From a virus: DNA of 64,000 nucleotides. The notes beneath the pieces were generated by a model, which was given only the letters and a program-made list of their open reading frames with translations, searched no databases and was not told the DNA's origin. The stretch's first letter is position 1, and each line of letters starts with the position of its first letter. The stretch is taken from IMG/VR virus record IMGVR_UViG_3300035670_000019, positions 32,001 through 96,000 of that record. One strand, 5' to 3'. Shown here in pieces: positions 51,410 to 61,075 of this stretch. A program made the translations under genes and the position numbers.

Positions 51410-51527
51410 TTTTGTTAAATCTGCTTTACGAATTATAGGTTATTTATTAATATTAACAGAACCAGCAGCTGCTGTCACATTTTTAGTATGTAGTGAAGCT
51501 TTAGGTATATTGGAGGAATTAGTATGA
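51372..51527 (+). CDS. 51-aa small membrane protein missed by the ORF track (MEHPNPKKHQRISFVKSALRIIG...EALGILEELV)
   Basis: Hydrophobic hairpin; its stop overlaps the thioredoxin start (ATGA). Confidence 0.65.
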   Translation: MEHPNPKKHQRISFVKSALRIIGYLLILTEPAAAVTFLVCSEALGILEELV

Positions 51528-51778
51528 GTAAACAATTATTTTATTATAGCGCACCTTGGTGCCAACCATGTGAAACATTAGGCCCAATTATGGACCAAGT
51601 AAACAAACAAATACCTATCTGTAAAATTAATATTGACTATGCTGACCCAGCTGTTATTGAATCAGCACAAATAAGAAACATTCCTACAGTGGTGTTAGTA
51701 GAAAATGGAAAAGAAGTTCGTAGATTTACAGGTGTAAAATCATATAACCAAATAATAGACTTTTTAAATTATGGCTGA
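51524..51778 (+). CDS. Thioredoxin/glutaredoxin-like protein
   Basis: WCQPC active site, IPT cis-Pro and RFTG. Confidence 0.9.
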   Translation: MSKQLFYYSAPWCQPCETLGPIMDQVNKQIPICKINIDYADPAVIESAQIRNIPTVVLVENGKEVRRFTGVKSYNQIIDFLNYG

Positions 51779-52031
51779 ATTTAGTAAACAATGGGCTGAA
51801 AAATATGACCCTGAAGGTGGTTGGGATTTTGATATTGAAGAAGTATCAAACCAATTAGATCCAAACCATTATGTACCTATGATCTGTGAAGGTTTTGGAT
51901 TTATAGCTATTGGACGAGATGAAAATTATAATGTTTTGCTTGCTATGCCTACTGGTGAAACAGAAACAGATGAAAATGGTCAAATTTCTGATATAGTAAC
52001 TTGGCAAGCATATGAAGATATCGTAAAATAA
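51771..52031 (+). CDS. Hypothetical acidic protein
   Basis: 86-aa ORF overlapping the thioredoxin stop. Confidence 0.7.
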   Translation: MAEFSKQWAEKYDPEGGWDFDIEEVSNQLDPNHYVPMICEGFGFIAIGRDENYNVLLAMPTGETETDENGQISDIVTWQAYEDIVK

Positions 52032-52037
52032 AATAAT

Positions 52038-52502
52038 ATGGGAAAATTTCAATCAACAAAATTATTTGATGGATACAGTACTTGTTTCCGTCAATGGAAA
52101 GCAGAAGGAACTCATTGTAGATTCTTACATGGTTATGCTGTATCATTTCGAGTATGGTTTGAAGGTGATTTAGATGAGCGTAATTGGGTATTTGATTTTG
52201 GAGGCATGAAACGTGCCAAACATAAAATATCAGGCATGGCTCCTAAAGATTATTTTACTTGGTTACTTGATCATACAACAATCATAGCTGAAGATGATCC
52301 TTACATGAACCAATTTTTACAAATGCATATAGACGGTGTTATTCAATTGCGAGTATTACCAGCTACTGGTTGTGAAAGATTTGCTGAGTACCTTCATACA
52401 ACTATTAATAATTTTCTAAAAAAAGAAACAGATGGAAGAGTTAAAGCTGTCAAAGTTGAAGTTTACGAACATGAAAGAAACAGTGCTAGTTATGGAGAAT
52501 AA
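52038..52502 (+). CDS. queD: 6-carboxy-5,6,7,8-tetrahydropterin synthase
   Basis: C.FLHGY, WVFDFG, LDH, GCE and EVYE. Confidence 0.92.
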   Translation: MGKFQSTKLFDGYSTCFRQWKAEGTHCRFLHGYAVSFRVWFEGDLDERNWVFDFGGMKRAKHKISGMAPKDYFTWLLDHTTIIAEDDPYMNQFLQMHIDGVIQLRVLPATGCERFAEYLHTTINNFLKKETDGRVKAVKVEVYEHERNSASYGE

Positions 52503-52549
52503 CTACTGGACTTCAACCCCAACATATAATACTAATTTTATTTATAACT

Positions 52550-53332
52550 ATGAAACCAGGAAGAATAACTGATTATAACAAAACTCTACCAATTGTAGAA
52601 CTATACCCCGCAGTGCAAAGTGAAGGCAGTAGAGCCGGAATGCCTACTATTGTTATTAGAACTACAGGTTGTACTCACAGATGTTGGTTTGGAGAAGGTG
52701 GATGGTGTGACTCATGGTACACCTCAATCCACCCCGAAAAAGGCAAATACACATTCAATGATATAATTGAAATGTATAACAAATACCCACATGCAAGAGA
52801 AATGATGCTAACAGGTGGTTCACCAACTATGCATCCTGATCTTGTTAATGAACTTACTCATTTTGCATATCAACGTGGGATATTTATTACAATAGAAACT
52901 GAAGGTTCCCATTTTATTGAAACAGACTATCCAATCGGCTTGGTATCTTTGTCTCCTAAGTTTAGCAATAGCAATCCTAGGATTGGAATTCTTACTCCTC
53001 AAGGTAAAGAAGTGGATCAAAAGATGATAGATCAACATAATAAGTTGCGTCTTAATAAAGAAGCAATTAGACAGATGCTTGAGTATCATGATGATTTTCA
53101 TTTTAAGCCTGTTTGTAATCCTATTGAGATGCCTGAAGTATGGGAAGAGATAGAGGCGTTTAGACATGAAATGGATATTTCAAAACGTAAAACATGGATT
53201 ATGCCTCCTGGTGATACTAGAGAAGAATTAATTCGAGTTTATCCTATGGTAATGGATTTCTGTAGAGACAATGGATACAACTTTACAGGTAGAGAACATA
53301 TTATTGCTTTTGATGTTCAACGGTGTGTTTGA
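52550..53332 (+). CDS. queE: 7-carboxy-7-deazaguanine synthase (radical SAM)
   Basis: VQSEG..AG.P...IRTTGC, CxxxC-x7-CDS, LTGG.P, IETEG and SLSPK. Confidence 0.92.
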   Translation: MKPGRITDYNKTLPIVELYPAVQSEGSRAGMPTIVIRTTGCTHRCWFGEGGWCDSWYTSIHPEKGKYTFNDIIEMYNKYPHAREMMLTGGSPTMHPDLVNELTHFAYQRGIFITIETEGSHFIETDYPIGLVSLSPKFSNSNPRIGILTPQGKEVDQKMIDQHNKLRLNKEAIRQMLEYHDDFHFKPVCNPIEMPEVWEEIEAFRHEMDISKRKTWIMPPGDTREELIRVYPMVMDFCRDNGYNFTGREHIIAFDVQRCV

Positions 53333-53383
53333 TCCTAAATAAAGAGTATATTTTTATATTTTTTAGGATATTTATAATAAAAT

Positions 53384-54007
53384 ATGAATTTCCCGTACAA
53401 ACAAATATGTAAAGAATGCTTAATAGATTTTAAATCTAAAGGTTCAAATAAAAAATTCTGTTCTAAAGAATGTAAACTTAAATGGAATGCTAAAAATATT
53501 TACTCATATACATCATGCTCAAATTGTGGAGAACAAGTAAGACATTCACCTAGTGATAAATATAAACACAAATTTTGCTCCAATACATGCCAGGGAAAAT
53601 GGAGAATGGATAATTTAAAAGAAGAAAATATTCAATTAGCATCTAAAATGAGAGAAAGCTGGTGTGAAGATAGTTGGAAAAAAAGTATAGAGACTCGAAA
53701 GAAAAATGGTAATATAATTACTAGTCATAATTGGAAACAATTTTGGAAAAAATGTGATTATTTAACTAGAAAAATAAGACAAAAAATGCTTGAAAATTGG
53801 GATGGATTTGATTATATTGATGGAGAATATATTAAAGACAACTTAAAACTTCATTATACAGATACTAATTATCCAACATTAGATCATGTTAAACCTAGAA
53901 GTGTATGTTTTAAAGAAGGATTAACTCCTGAAGAAACTACTAAACCTGAAAATTTAAAATGGACTAAAAGAGTAAATAATAGTTCTAAAAGTAACAAATA
54001 TGAGTAA
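53384..54007 (+). mobile_element. Free-standing HNH homing endonuclease with N-terminal Cys zinc-binding repeats
   Basis: Two CxxC...FCSxxC units and C-terminal TLDHVKP...PENL...NNSSK. Has its own late motif (53368) and interrupts the que cluster. Confidence 0.75.
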
Positions 54008-54236
54008 ACCAATTTTTATAATACGATTTCCATATAGTGATAATAATATGGATAGAGATATTTTTAAAAAAAATTATGAAGATATAAGTAACAAATTAAA
54101 TGATTATCATGTATTAACAATAATGGGTGATGATGTTGAAACAGTAACATTTGAATGTTTTAATGCTCCTCATACTGAAATAGAATTTGAAGAATTAAAG
54201 TATCGTGTATTAGAATTACTGAAATACAGAGTATAA
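54000..54236 (+). CDS. Hypothetical protein
   Basis: 78-aa ORF overlapping the HNH stop. Confidence 0.7.
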   Translation: MSKPIFIIRFPYSDNNMDRDIFKKNYEDISNKLNDYHVLTIMGDDVETVTFECFNAPHTEIEFEELKYRVLELLKYRV

Positions 54237-54237
54237 T

Positions 54238-54513
54238 ATGGATAAAAAATTACTAAAAGAAACAGTAGAAAAAGAAAATGTTATATTATTTTTCTACGCT
54301 GACTGGTGCGGTGGTTGTAAAGTAGCAAACCCAATGGTTCAAAAAATAGCTACTAAACTTAACCTTAGGTTGATTCGAATTAATGAAAATACAGAACTAG
54401 AAGAAGAATATGAAGTAGATTATTACCCACATCTTATTCTAGCTAATAAAGGCAAACTTCGACATTACCCAGGTGCAACTATGATAAGAGATCTATATGA
54501 AAGTATTATTTGA
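54238..54513 (+). CDS. Second thioredoxin-like protein
   Basis: FFYADWCGGC and YYP. Confidence 0.85.
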   Translation: MDKKLLKETVEKENVILFFYADWCGGCKVANPMVQKIATKLNLRLIRINENTELEEEYEVDYYPHLILANKGKLRHYPGATMIRDLYESII

Positions 54514-55006
54514 AAAATCCCAAATTGAAAACCGAATTAAAGAAATCGGTATTCAAATCCTTAATCGCCATAAAGAAGAAAACAATCCAATTGTATTAGT
54601 TGGAGTACTAAATGGTGGTTTTATGTTTTATTCTAAGCTAGTAGATCAACTAGCTCTTTTAGACCCACAATGTGATTTTATTAGAGTAAAATCATACAAA
54701 GGTAGAGAGCATGAAGTACCTGAAATTATTATTCCCTCATCTTTAGATGTTGAGAATAAATTTGTCTATATTATAGATGACATTTATGATACAGGTTTAA
54801 CAATGCAAGTACTTAAAAACCAATTTACAGATTTAGGAGCATCAGGAGTTAGTGTTATAACACTAGTTAAACGAGCAATTAATGAAGTAGATATGCCTAT
54901 AAATTCACTTTATGGTTTTGAGATTCATGATGAATGGGTTGTTGGTTATGGAATGGACGATGAAGATGGTAGAAAAAGAAGTCTGCCTTATATTTTGGCA
55001 ATTTAA
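54497..55006 (+). CDS. hpt: Hypoxanthine/guanine phosphoribosyltransferase-like protein
   Basis: VGVLNGGFMF, KSY, PRPP loop IIDDIYDTGLT, LVK, WVVGYGMD and RSLPYI. Confidence 0.92.
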   Translation: MKVLFEKSQIENRIKEIGIQILNRHKEENNPIVLVGVLNGGFMFYSKLVDQLALLDPQCDFIRVKSYKGREHEVPEIIIPSSLDVENKFVYIIDDIYDTGLTMQVLKNQFTDLGASGVSVITLVKRAINEVDMPINSLYGFEIHDEWVVGYGMDDEDGRKRSLPYILAI

Positions 55007-55023
55007 GAATAATAAGTTATATT
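54995..55023 (+). promoter_or_regulatory. TTGGCA-N17-TATATT promoter for folE-mazG-polB
   Basis: 17-bp spacer counted. Confidence 0.7.
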
Positions 55024-55031
55024 AAGGTTAT

Positions 55032-55727
55032 ATGGAAAACAATAGAAGAAAATTTCACAATGACATTGAATGTGTCCCTACAGGTTTTGCTAATGGATCA
55101 GCAACTGATAGGCCTCTAACAAATGAGGAAAAACAACAAATGATTGAAGAAGCCACTGTTCATTTTGGTAACTTCTTAACAGCACTAAAATGTGATTGGC
55201 AAAACGATCCTAACTCTGCTGATACACCTCGTCGTGTAGCTAAAGCATATGTTAATGATTTGTGGGCTGGTCGTTATAATGGATTTACTGATATTACTTC
55301 ATTCCCATCAGACGGATATGATGGAGTAATTATTGAACGTAATATCCCACTAACATCAATGTGTTCTCATCATCACCAAACAATTAGTGGTGTAGTTCAT
55401 ATTGGTTATATTGCTGGTGAGAAAGGTCGAGTGATTGGTTTATCTAAACTAAATCGTATTGTAGAGCACTTTGGTCGTAGAGGTGCTATTCAAGAACAAT
55501 TAACTGCTGCTATCCATCAAGCTGTAAATAAGGTTTGTGAAGGTAATAAAGGTGTAGTTGTAACTGTAGTAGCATCTCACAATTGTGTAAGTTGTAGAGG
55601 TGTTAAACATCAAGGTGCTGCAATGATTACTACTAAAGCATCAGGTGTGTTTATGGAAAATGACAATTTAGCTCGTAAAGAGTTTTTTGATTCACTTAAA
55701 ATCAATAACGGAAATGTCTCAATCTAA
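55032..55727 (+). CDS. folE: GTP cyclohydrolase I
   Basis: TPRRVAK, SMCSHH, GLSKLNRIV, QEQLT and HNCVSCRGV. Confidence 0.96.
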   Translation: MENNRRKFHNDIECVPTGFANGSATDRPLTNEEKQQMIEEATVHFGNFLTALKCDWQNDPNSADTPRRVAKAYVNDLWAGRYNGFTDITSFPSDGYDGVIIERNIPLTSMCSHHHQTISGVVHIGYIAGEKGRVIGLSKLNRIVEHFGRRGAIQEQLTAAIHQAVNKVCEGNKGVVVTVVASHNCVSCRGVKHQGAAMITTKASGVFMENDNLARKEFFDSLKINNGNVSI

Positions 55728-56199
55728 AGAAAATTATGTACCATTTGTAAGCGAGGTAGAGGAGTTTAACGCTACAATGGGCAAACCAAATAACTATACT
55801 CCTAGTATTCCAGATGAAAAAGAATGGATGTTTGTTTATAATTTTATTCTAGAGGAACTAGAAGAATATAAAGAAGCATGTCAACAAGGAGATATTGTAG
55901 GTGTATTAGATGCACTATGTGATATTACTTATGTTTCATTAGGTAACGGAGCAATGTTACACGGTCTAAAAGATAAAGTACAAGACGCGTATGCTGAGGT
56001 ACAAGCATCAAATATGTCTAAGGCTTGTAAAACAGAAGAAGAAGCTCAACAAACTGTTAACCGTAGAACAATAGAGCAAGGAATGGAATGTCACTATGAA
56101 AAACAAGGTGATTATTGGGTAGTGTATCGTACTTCTGATCGTAAGGTGATGAAGTCAATTAACTATTTTAAACCAAATCTAGAACAATTCTTTAAATAA
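55714..56199 (+). CDS. MazG-like (all-alpha) NTP pyrophosphohydrolase
   Basis: EELEEY, DALCDITYV, EVQASNMSK and KVMK. ATG at 55714 preferred over TTG at 55687. Confidence 0.85.
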   Translation: MSQSKENYVPFVSEVEEFNATMGKPNNYTPSIPDEKEWMFVYNFILEELEEYKEACQQGDIVGVLDALCDITYVSLGNGAMLHGLKDKVQDAYAEVQASNMSKACKTEEEAQQTVNRRTIEQGMECHYEKQGDYWVVYRTSDRKVMKSINYFKPNLEQFFK

Positions 56200-58787
56200 T
56201 GTACCAATCAATCTATTACGATTTTAGTACTTACACCTATTATTTACGAGACGATAAGCAAGGCTGGATGGAATTCCAATACCAGCCTACTTATTGGCAA
56301 CGTACAAACGAATGGTCTGAGAATGCTAGACCTGTTCTAACAGGTGGATGGGCTGTACCTACTAAAAAGTATAGTAAAGATGATCCTGATTTATTAGAAA
56401 AAGATATTGATAAGTCACTTGTTGTATTACGAGAGTTGTACTATAAGGAAGATGATGTTGTACCTGCTTGGCATAACATAGTTTATATTGATATTGAGAT
56501 TGAAATGGGAGGTGCTTTGACACCTCACTATATTCAACAAGCACCTATGCCTCTTACATCTATTGCTCTTATAGATGTGACCACTAAACAAAAAATATGT
56601 TTTGTTGTTGACCCATCAGGCCAAATTAAAGAAACAAATCAAGATGATAAGTTAATCATACCTTGTAGAAACGAAAAAGAATTAATAGGTAAATTCTTAT
56701 CCAAATTTGAAGAACTAGATCCCACAATATTAGTTGGTTACAATTCAGATTACTTTGATATGCCTTACCTATACTTCCGAATTAAGCAAGTTGTAGGCGA
56801 AGATGAGGTACTACGTTTATCTCCAATCAGAAAGGTAACTGCTAGAGAATTTAATGGTGAAAACCAAATTACTATTGGGGGTGTTAATTGTCTAGACTAT
56901 ATGTTGCTTCATAAAAAATACATTATGAAGGAAGAACCATCATATAAATTAGGCGACATTGGAACCAAATATGTTAATCTAGGTAAAATTGAATATGAAG
57001 GTAATTTAAATACATTGTTTAAAGACGATATAAGCAAGTTTATAGACTATAACCTTCGAGATGTTGAAATCATTGAAGCACTAGAAGCTAAACTTAAGTT
57101 TATTGACTTAACAATAATGATTTCTCATATCTGTAATATTCCATATGAAAGCATTTATTGGAATACAGTTATGAATGAGGGTGCTATTTTGAAGTATCTT
57201 AAACGTGAAGGTATTATTTCACCTAATAAACCAACAACTCATAATCCATCACTTAAAAACTTTAAAGAAACATATGCTGGTGGTTATCTATTAGAACCTA
57301 TTCCTGGATTGTACTTTGATGTTATTGATTTAGACTTTACATCACTGTATCCTTCAATTATTAAGTCACTTAATTTAGGTATTGAAACATTAGTAGGTCG
57401 AATCAAAGTACCTTATATGGCTACCTATGAACAAAATCATAGTCTAGATAAACTTAAAGAACGTGATCCAAATGAAGAAGTTGTAGTTGAAAAAGTAAAT
57501 AAAAGAAACTATACTTTAACCCAAGCAAAAGTTAAACTAGGAGACCTAATTAAAATTATTGAAGACAATAACTTTACCATCTCAGCCTCAGGTGCTATGT
57601 TTAAAACTGATGAACAAAGTGTTGTAGCTAAGATTTTGGAAGGATGGTTTGATAAACGAGAACATTATAGAGGTTTAAAGAAAAAAGCAGGTAAAGAAGA
57701 AGATTGGGCTAATTATAAATTATATGATTTGTTCCAACATGCATTTAAAATCCTACAGAATGCAATGTATGGTACATTCGCTAAAAGTGGATGGCGTTAT
57801 ACTGACGGACAATTAATTTGTAGCGCCGCTATTACTAATACAGGTCAATCATTAACTCAAAATTCAATTAAGTTTGTTAATAATAAACTAAACACTGAAT
57901 TAGAATCCGATAAACAATACATTTGTATTAGTGATACAGATTCTATGTATATTGAATTAGGTGATTTATTAAAACACAGACACCCAAATTCAGTTCCTGA
58001 AGATAAAGACAAACATATCCTAGAGTTAGCAACTGAAATTCAAGATGAATCTAATCATCATCTAAATACTTTATGTAAAGAGCTATTCAATATTGACCCT
58101 AAAAAACATTACTTCCAGTTAAAACAAGAAGTAATTGCTAAAGGTATCTTAGTTACAGGTAAGAGAAGATATGCTATGTATATCACTAATAAAGAAGGTG
58201 TCACTGTTGAAGAACTAGATATGAAAGGTATTGAATTGATGAAATCCAATATGAATAAAATGTTTAAGTCATTTGGAGAACAATTCATTAAAGATGTTTT
58301 ATTTGGTAAACCTAAATCTGAAATTGATAAGTCAATTATTGACTTCTATAAATCACTCAAATCAGTAGACCCCAAACAACTAGGCAAACCTACTGGAGTA
58401 AAACAAATATCCTCATACCATATACCAGCTCGTGCAGGTGAAATGTTTAGTAATTTTAAATTGAAAGCACCTTCAAATACTAAAGCAGCTGTTCGTTATA
58501 ATGACTTATTAAAGTTTAAAAAACTAGATAAAAAATATGAATCAATAATTGAAGGTGATAAGATTTTTATTATTAACCTAAAACCAAACATGTATAAATT
58601 AGAAACTATTGGTTTACCAAATGCTAAAGTACCTGATGAGATAGAAAAGTTTGTTAAAATGTATATTGATATAGATGAAATTTTTGAATCATTATTATTG
58701 AATAAGTTAAAAGAACTCTATAGTGATCTTAAGTGGGAATTCCCGCCACTAAATGCTAATGTAACTAAATTTTTCTCCTTTGGATAA
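56199..58787 (+). CDS. Family-B DNA polymerase, gp43-like
   Basis: ExoI DIE, GYNSDYFD, YNLRDV, DFTSLYPS, KILQNAMYG, SDTDS and KRRYA. Confidence 0.97.
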   Translation: MYQSIYYDFSTYTYYLRDDKQGWMEFQYQPTYWQRTNEWSENARPVLTGGWAVPTKKYSKDDPDLLEKDIDKSLVVLRELYYKEDDVVPAWHNIVYIDIEIEMGGALTPHYIQQAPMPLTSIALIDVTTKQKICFVVDPSGQIKETNQDDKLIIPCRNEKELIGKFLSKFEELDPTILVGYNSDYFDMPYLYFRIKQVVGEDEVLRLSPIRKVTAREFNGENQITIGGVNCLDYMLLHKKYIMKEEPSYKLGDIGTKYVNLGKIEYEGNLNTLFKDDISKFIDYNLRDVEIIEALEAKLKFIDLTIMISHICNIPYESIYWNTVMNEGAILKYLKREGIISPNKPTTHNPSLKNFKETYAGGYLLEPIPGLYFDVIDLDFTSLYPSIIKSLNLGIETLVGRIKVPYMATYEQNHSLDKLKERDPNEEVVVEKVNKRNYTLTQAKVKLGDLIKIIEDNNFTISASGAMFKTDEQSVVAKILEGWFDKREHYRGLKKKAGKEEDWANYKLYDLFQHAFKILQNAMYGTFAKSGWRYTDGQLICSAAITNTGQSLTQNSIKFVNNKLNTELESDKQYICISDTDSMYIELGDLLKHRHPNSVPEDKDKHILELATEIQDESNHHLNTLCKELFNIDPKKHYFQLKQEVIAKGILVTGKRRYAMYITNKEGVTVEELDMKGIELMKSNMNKMFKSFGEQFIKDVLFGKPKSEIDKSIIDFYKSLKSVDPKQLGKPTGVKQISSYHIPARAGEMFSNFKLKAPSNTKAAVRYNDLLKFKKLDKKYESIIEGDKIFIINLKPNMYKLETIGLPNAKVPDEIEKFVKMYIDIDEIFESLLLNKLKELYSDLKWEFPPLNANVTKFFSFG

Positions 58788-58813
58788 TATGTATAACATA
58801 TAAACTCGTTATC

Positions 58814-58969
58814 ATGAAATTTACAAATTCTTGGAAAGCAATTAATACACAACATGACAAACTTAGATTTGTTGCTCGTGTATCATCTTTAACATTACTT
58901 GAAGTTAACATTGATGTTTCTTCAAAAGTATACAAATTAACAATCTTTAACTTCGGAATTCAACTATGA
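58814..58969 (+). CDS. 51-aa hypothetical protein missed by the ORF track (MKFTNSWKAIN...FNFGIQL)
   Basis: Late motif at 58787; ATGA overlap with the next gene. Confidence 0.65.
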   Translation: MKFTNSWKAINTQHDKLRFVARVSSLTLLEVNIDVSSKVYKLTIFNFGIQL

Positions 58970-59562
58970 AAAAATCAGAATTGCAGCAAATCATAAGAGA
59001 AGAGATTAATAAAACAATCAACGAAGCAAAAATTTATAACTCATCTAGTGACGCTGCTAAAAAACTAATGCGACAATTAGAAGATCTAGTTCTTAATGGA
59101 GAAATATCAAACCCAGATATAGAAGAACTTAGAAGTAGATTACGCACTGCTAATCTATTTTCTAAATATAAACTATCTCCTGAAAAACGTAGAGCGGCCT
59201 TTGATAAAGAATTTAAAGATAGTGAAAAAGCTGAAAAAGAATTAGCTCGTGATACTAAAAAACCAGATGATGCTTTTAAAGTTGGATCATTAACTAAAAA
59301 ACAAAATAAAGAAAGAAAAGACGCTAATAAATTACCTTTAGTAATTTACACATCTGGAAGAGTAGGAGCAATCGGAACAGAATTAGGTGATATGAGAAAA
59401 TATTATGATATAGTTACACCTGAAATAGATCTTCAATTTCATACTGGTGCGGTATATGGTGATAAACCATCTTATATACTTAATCCAAAATATAGAGATA
59501 AATCATTCGCTAAAGCTAAAATCGCTTGGAGTGTATGGGAATCAATTAATGGAAAACTTTAA
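58966..59562 (+). CDS. Putative internal head protein with MKKSELQQIIREEI..INE leader
   Basis: 21-aa leader shared with the next gene; downstream of a late motif. Confidence 0.7.
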   Translation: MKKSELQQIIREEINKTINEAKIYNSSSDAAKKLMRQLEDLVLNGEISNPDIEELRSRLRTANLFSKYKLSPEKRRAAFDKEFKDSEKAEKELARDTKKPDDAFKVGSLTKKQNKERKDANKLPLVIYTSGRVGAIGTELGDMRKYYDIVTPEIDLQFHTGAVYGDKPSYILNPKYRDKSFAKAKIAWSVWESINGKL

Positions 59563-59614
59563 TCAAAAAAAAATTAATATATTTATAAACAAATGTAAAA
59601 ATCTATAATAAAAA

Positions 59615-59884
59615 ATGAAAAAATCACAATTGCAACAAATCATCAGAGAAGAGATTCAAAACACTCTTAATGAAGCATTAAAAATTAATTCTAATCCTAA
59701 TGTTACAAATGATAATCAAAGAGGATATAAAGATACAATAGTAAATAAAACTACTAGAGCAGATCGTGATACTGTATTTCCTGGGGTAGAAATTACTCAA
59801 CCTGGAAGTGGTGGACTTAAAACTGTATTTATTCCAAGTAGTGAGTTTCCGAAGTTGATAGCTTTTTTACAAAAAAGTATGTAA
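59615..59884 (+). CDS. Putative internal head protein with MKKSQLQQIIREEI..LNE leader
   Basis: Shared leader with an unrelated body; late motif at 59579 and a terminator after it. Confidence 0.7.
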   Translation: MKKSQLQQIIREEIQNTLNEALKINSNPNVTNDNQRGYKDTIVNKTTRADRDTVFPGVEITQPGSGGLKTVFIPSSEFPKLIAFLQKSM

Positions 59885-59906
59885 ATAATGTAAAATACTT
59901 TAAATT

Positions 59907-59939
59907 AGGCTTGCAAACGCAAGCCTTTTTTGTTATATT
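59907..59939 (+). terminator. Terminator hairpin overlapping a TTGCAA-N17-TATATT promoter
   Basis: AGGCTTGC-AAAC-GCAAGCCT-TTTTTGTTATATT. Confidence 0.85.
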
Positions 59940-59945
59940 ACAAAC

Positions 59946-60668
59946 ATGATATCAAAACTAGAATTACAAAGCGTTATAGAAAAATACCATCTAAATGGTT
60001 TAATTGAAAATGTTAAATGGGAAATAAGTAAAGATAAACAACTTACTATCAATTTTATGTCCCCATCTAGGGAAATGATAGGTAAAGTAGTTTATACTGG
60101 TTTTCCACTGCCTGAATCTGCTATTGGTATTAATAATACCACTCAATTAGATAAACTACTAGCCATCACAAGTGGTGATTTAGTACTTGATTATGTTAAG
60201 GAAGGTAAAGTAATATCTAAACTATTAATAGCAGATGAGCAATTTAATCTAAACTATGCTCTATCAGATCTACTAACCATCCCTAAACCAGGTGAATATA
60301 ATGGTTCTGAAGAATTTGATACCGAATCAGTATTAGATAATGAAATCATTAGTGCATTGATTAAAGCTAAAAACGCTCTAACCAATAGTGAAAATGTAGT
60401 TGTTAAACCAGATACATTAGGTTTAGGATTTACATTTGGAGGTGATGTTGAGTATGCTAATAAAGTATCTTATTACATTCAAAATGCAACACCTTCAGAA
60501 GTAGATTTTGAACTTGTATATAATTCAAATCTATTAAAAGAGATATTAGCTTGTAATAAAGATATGGAAAATGGTACACTATATGTTAAAAACATAGGTT
60601 TAATGAAACTTATGTTCACTAGCAAAAATATTCAAAGTACTTATTATATTGTCGCGAAAGAAAATTAA
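59946..60668 (+). CDS. DNA polymerase sliding clamp, gp45/PCNA-like
   Basis: 240 aa with a two-domain beta/alpha pattern and C-terminal GLMKL.F.....STYYIV; close to polB. Confidence 0.7.
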   Translation: MISKLELQSVIEKYHLNGLIENVKWEISKDKQLTINFMSPSREMIGKVVYTGFPLPESAIGINNTTQLDKLLAITSGDLVLDYVKEGKVISKLLIADEQFNLNYALSDLLTIPKPGEYNGSEEFDTESVLDNEIISALIKAKNALTNSENVVVKPDTLGLGFTFGGDVEYANKVSYYIQNATPSEVDFELVYNSNLLKEILACNKDMENGTLYVKNIGLMKLMFTSKNIQSTYYIVAKEN

Positions 60669-60675
60669 TTCACAT

Positions 60676-60731
60676 ATATTTATAATAAAGGTTACAACTT
60701 GCTTGGCTTCCCAAGCAGAAGATGTTATATT
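60676..60731 (+). promoter_or_regulatory. Tandem late motif (60676) and TTGGCT-N17-TATATT promoter (60703-60731) with a hairpin
   Basis: TGCTTGG-CTTC-CCAAGCA hairpin without a U-tail, upstream of the chaperonin operon. Confidence 0.7.
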
Positions 60732-60748
60732 TAATTAAATAATAAGTT

Positions 60749-61075
60749 ATGAAAGAAGAAAAACAAGCGTTGTCGTCTTTGACGCTAATCAAAGACCCAC
60801 TCATTGAACCTTATTTTATCGGTAAAGATGCTAGCAGTTACACTGTCTATGAAACCTTAATGCCTGGTAATAATAAAAAAGGCAGAGGACGTCAAACTCG
60901 AGAAAAAGAAGGTATTAAACCATTATCATTCCATTCTAATTTCGATTCATGTTTAGCTTCAATCGCTAAACTAAAAATTGAAAATCGCCCAGTTTACAAC
61001 TCAATTTCAGAGTATGTAGCAGAATGGAGACGAGTAAAAGAAGAAATCAACCAAATAGTTAATATAGAAAAATGA
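60749..61075 (+). CDS. Hypothetical protein
   Basis: 108 aa (IKDP.IEPYFI.KD...YTV), first gene of the groES-groEL operon. Confidence 0.75.
   Translation: MKEEKQALSSLTLIKDPLIEPYFIGKDASSYTVYETLMPGNNKKGRGRQTREKEGIKPLSFHSNFDSCLASIAKLKIENRPVYNSISEYVAEWRRVKEEINQIVNIEK

Noticed and set aside
52492-52572. 26-codon ORF (MENNYWTSTP...) bridging queD and queE
   Set aside because: Too short and overlaps both neighbours; it may couple translation but cannot be supported as a gene.
49104-56199. Interpreting the que genes as host-type tRNA queuosine biosynthesis
   Set aside because: No queF, queA or queG is present, and the TGT-like ORF is short and lacks the Cys/His zinc motif of tRNA TGTs. DNA modification fits better, although it is untested.
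43382-58787. Introns or inteins in nrdA, nrdB or polB
   Set aside because: The ORFs are continuous, of normal or short length, and show no intein-like insertions.
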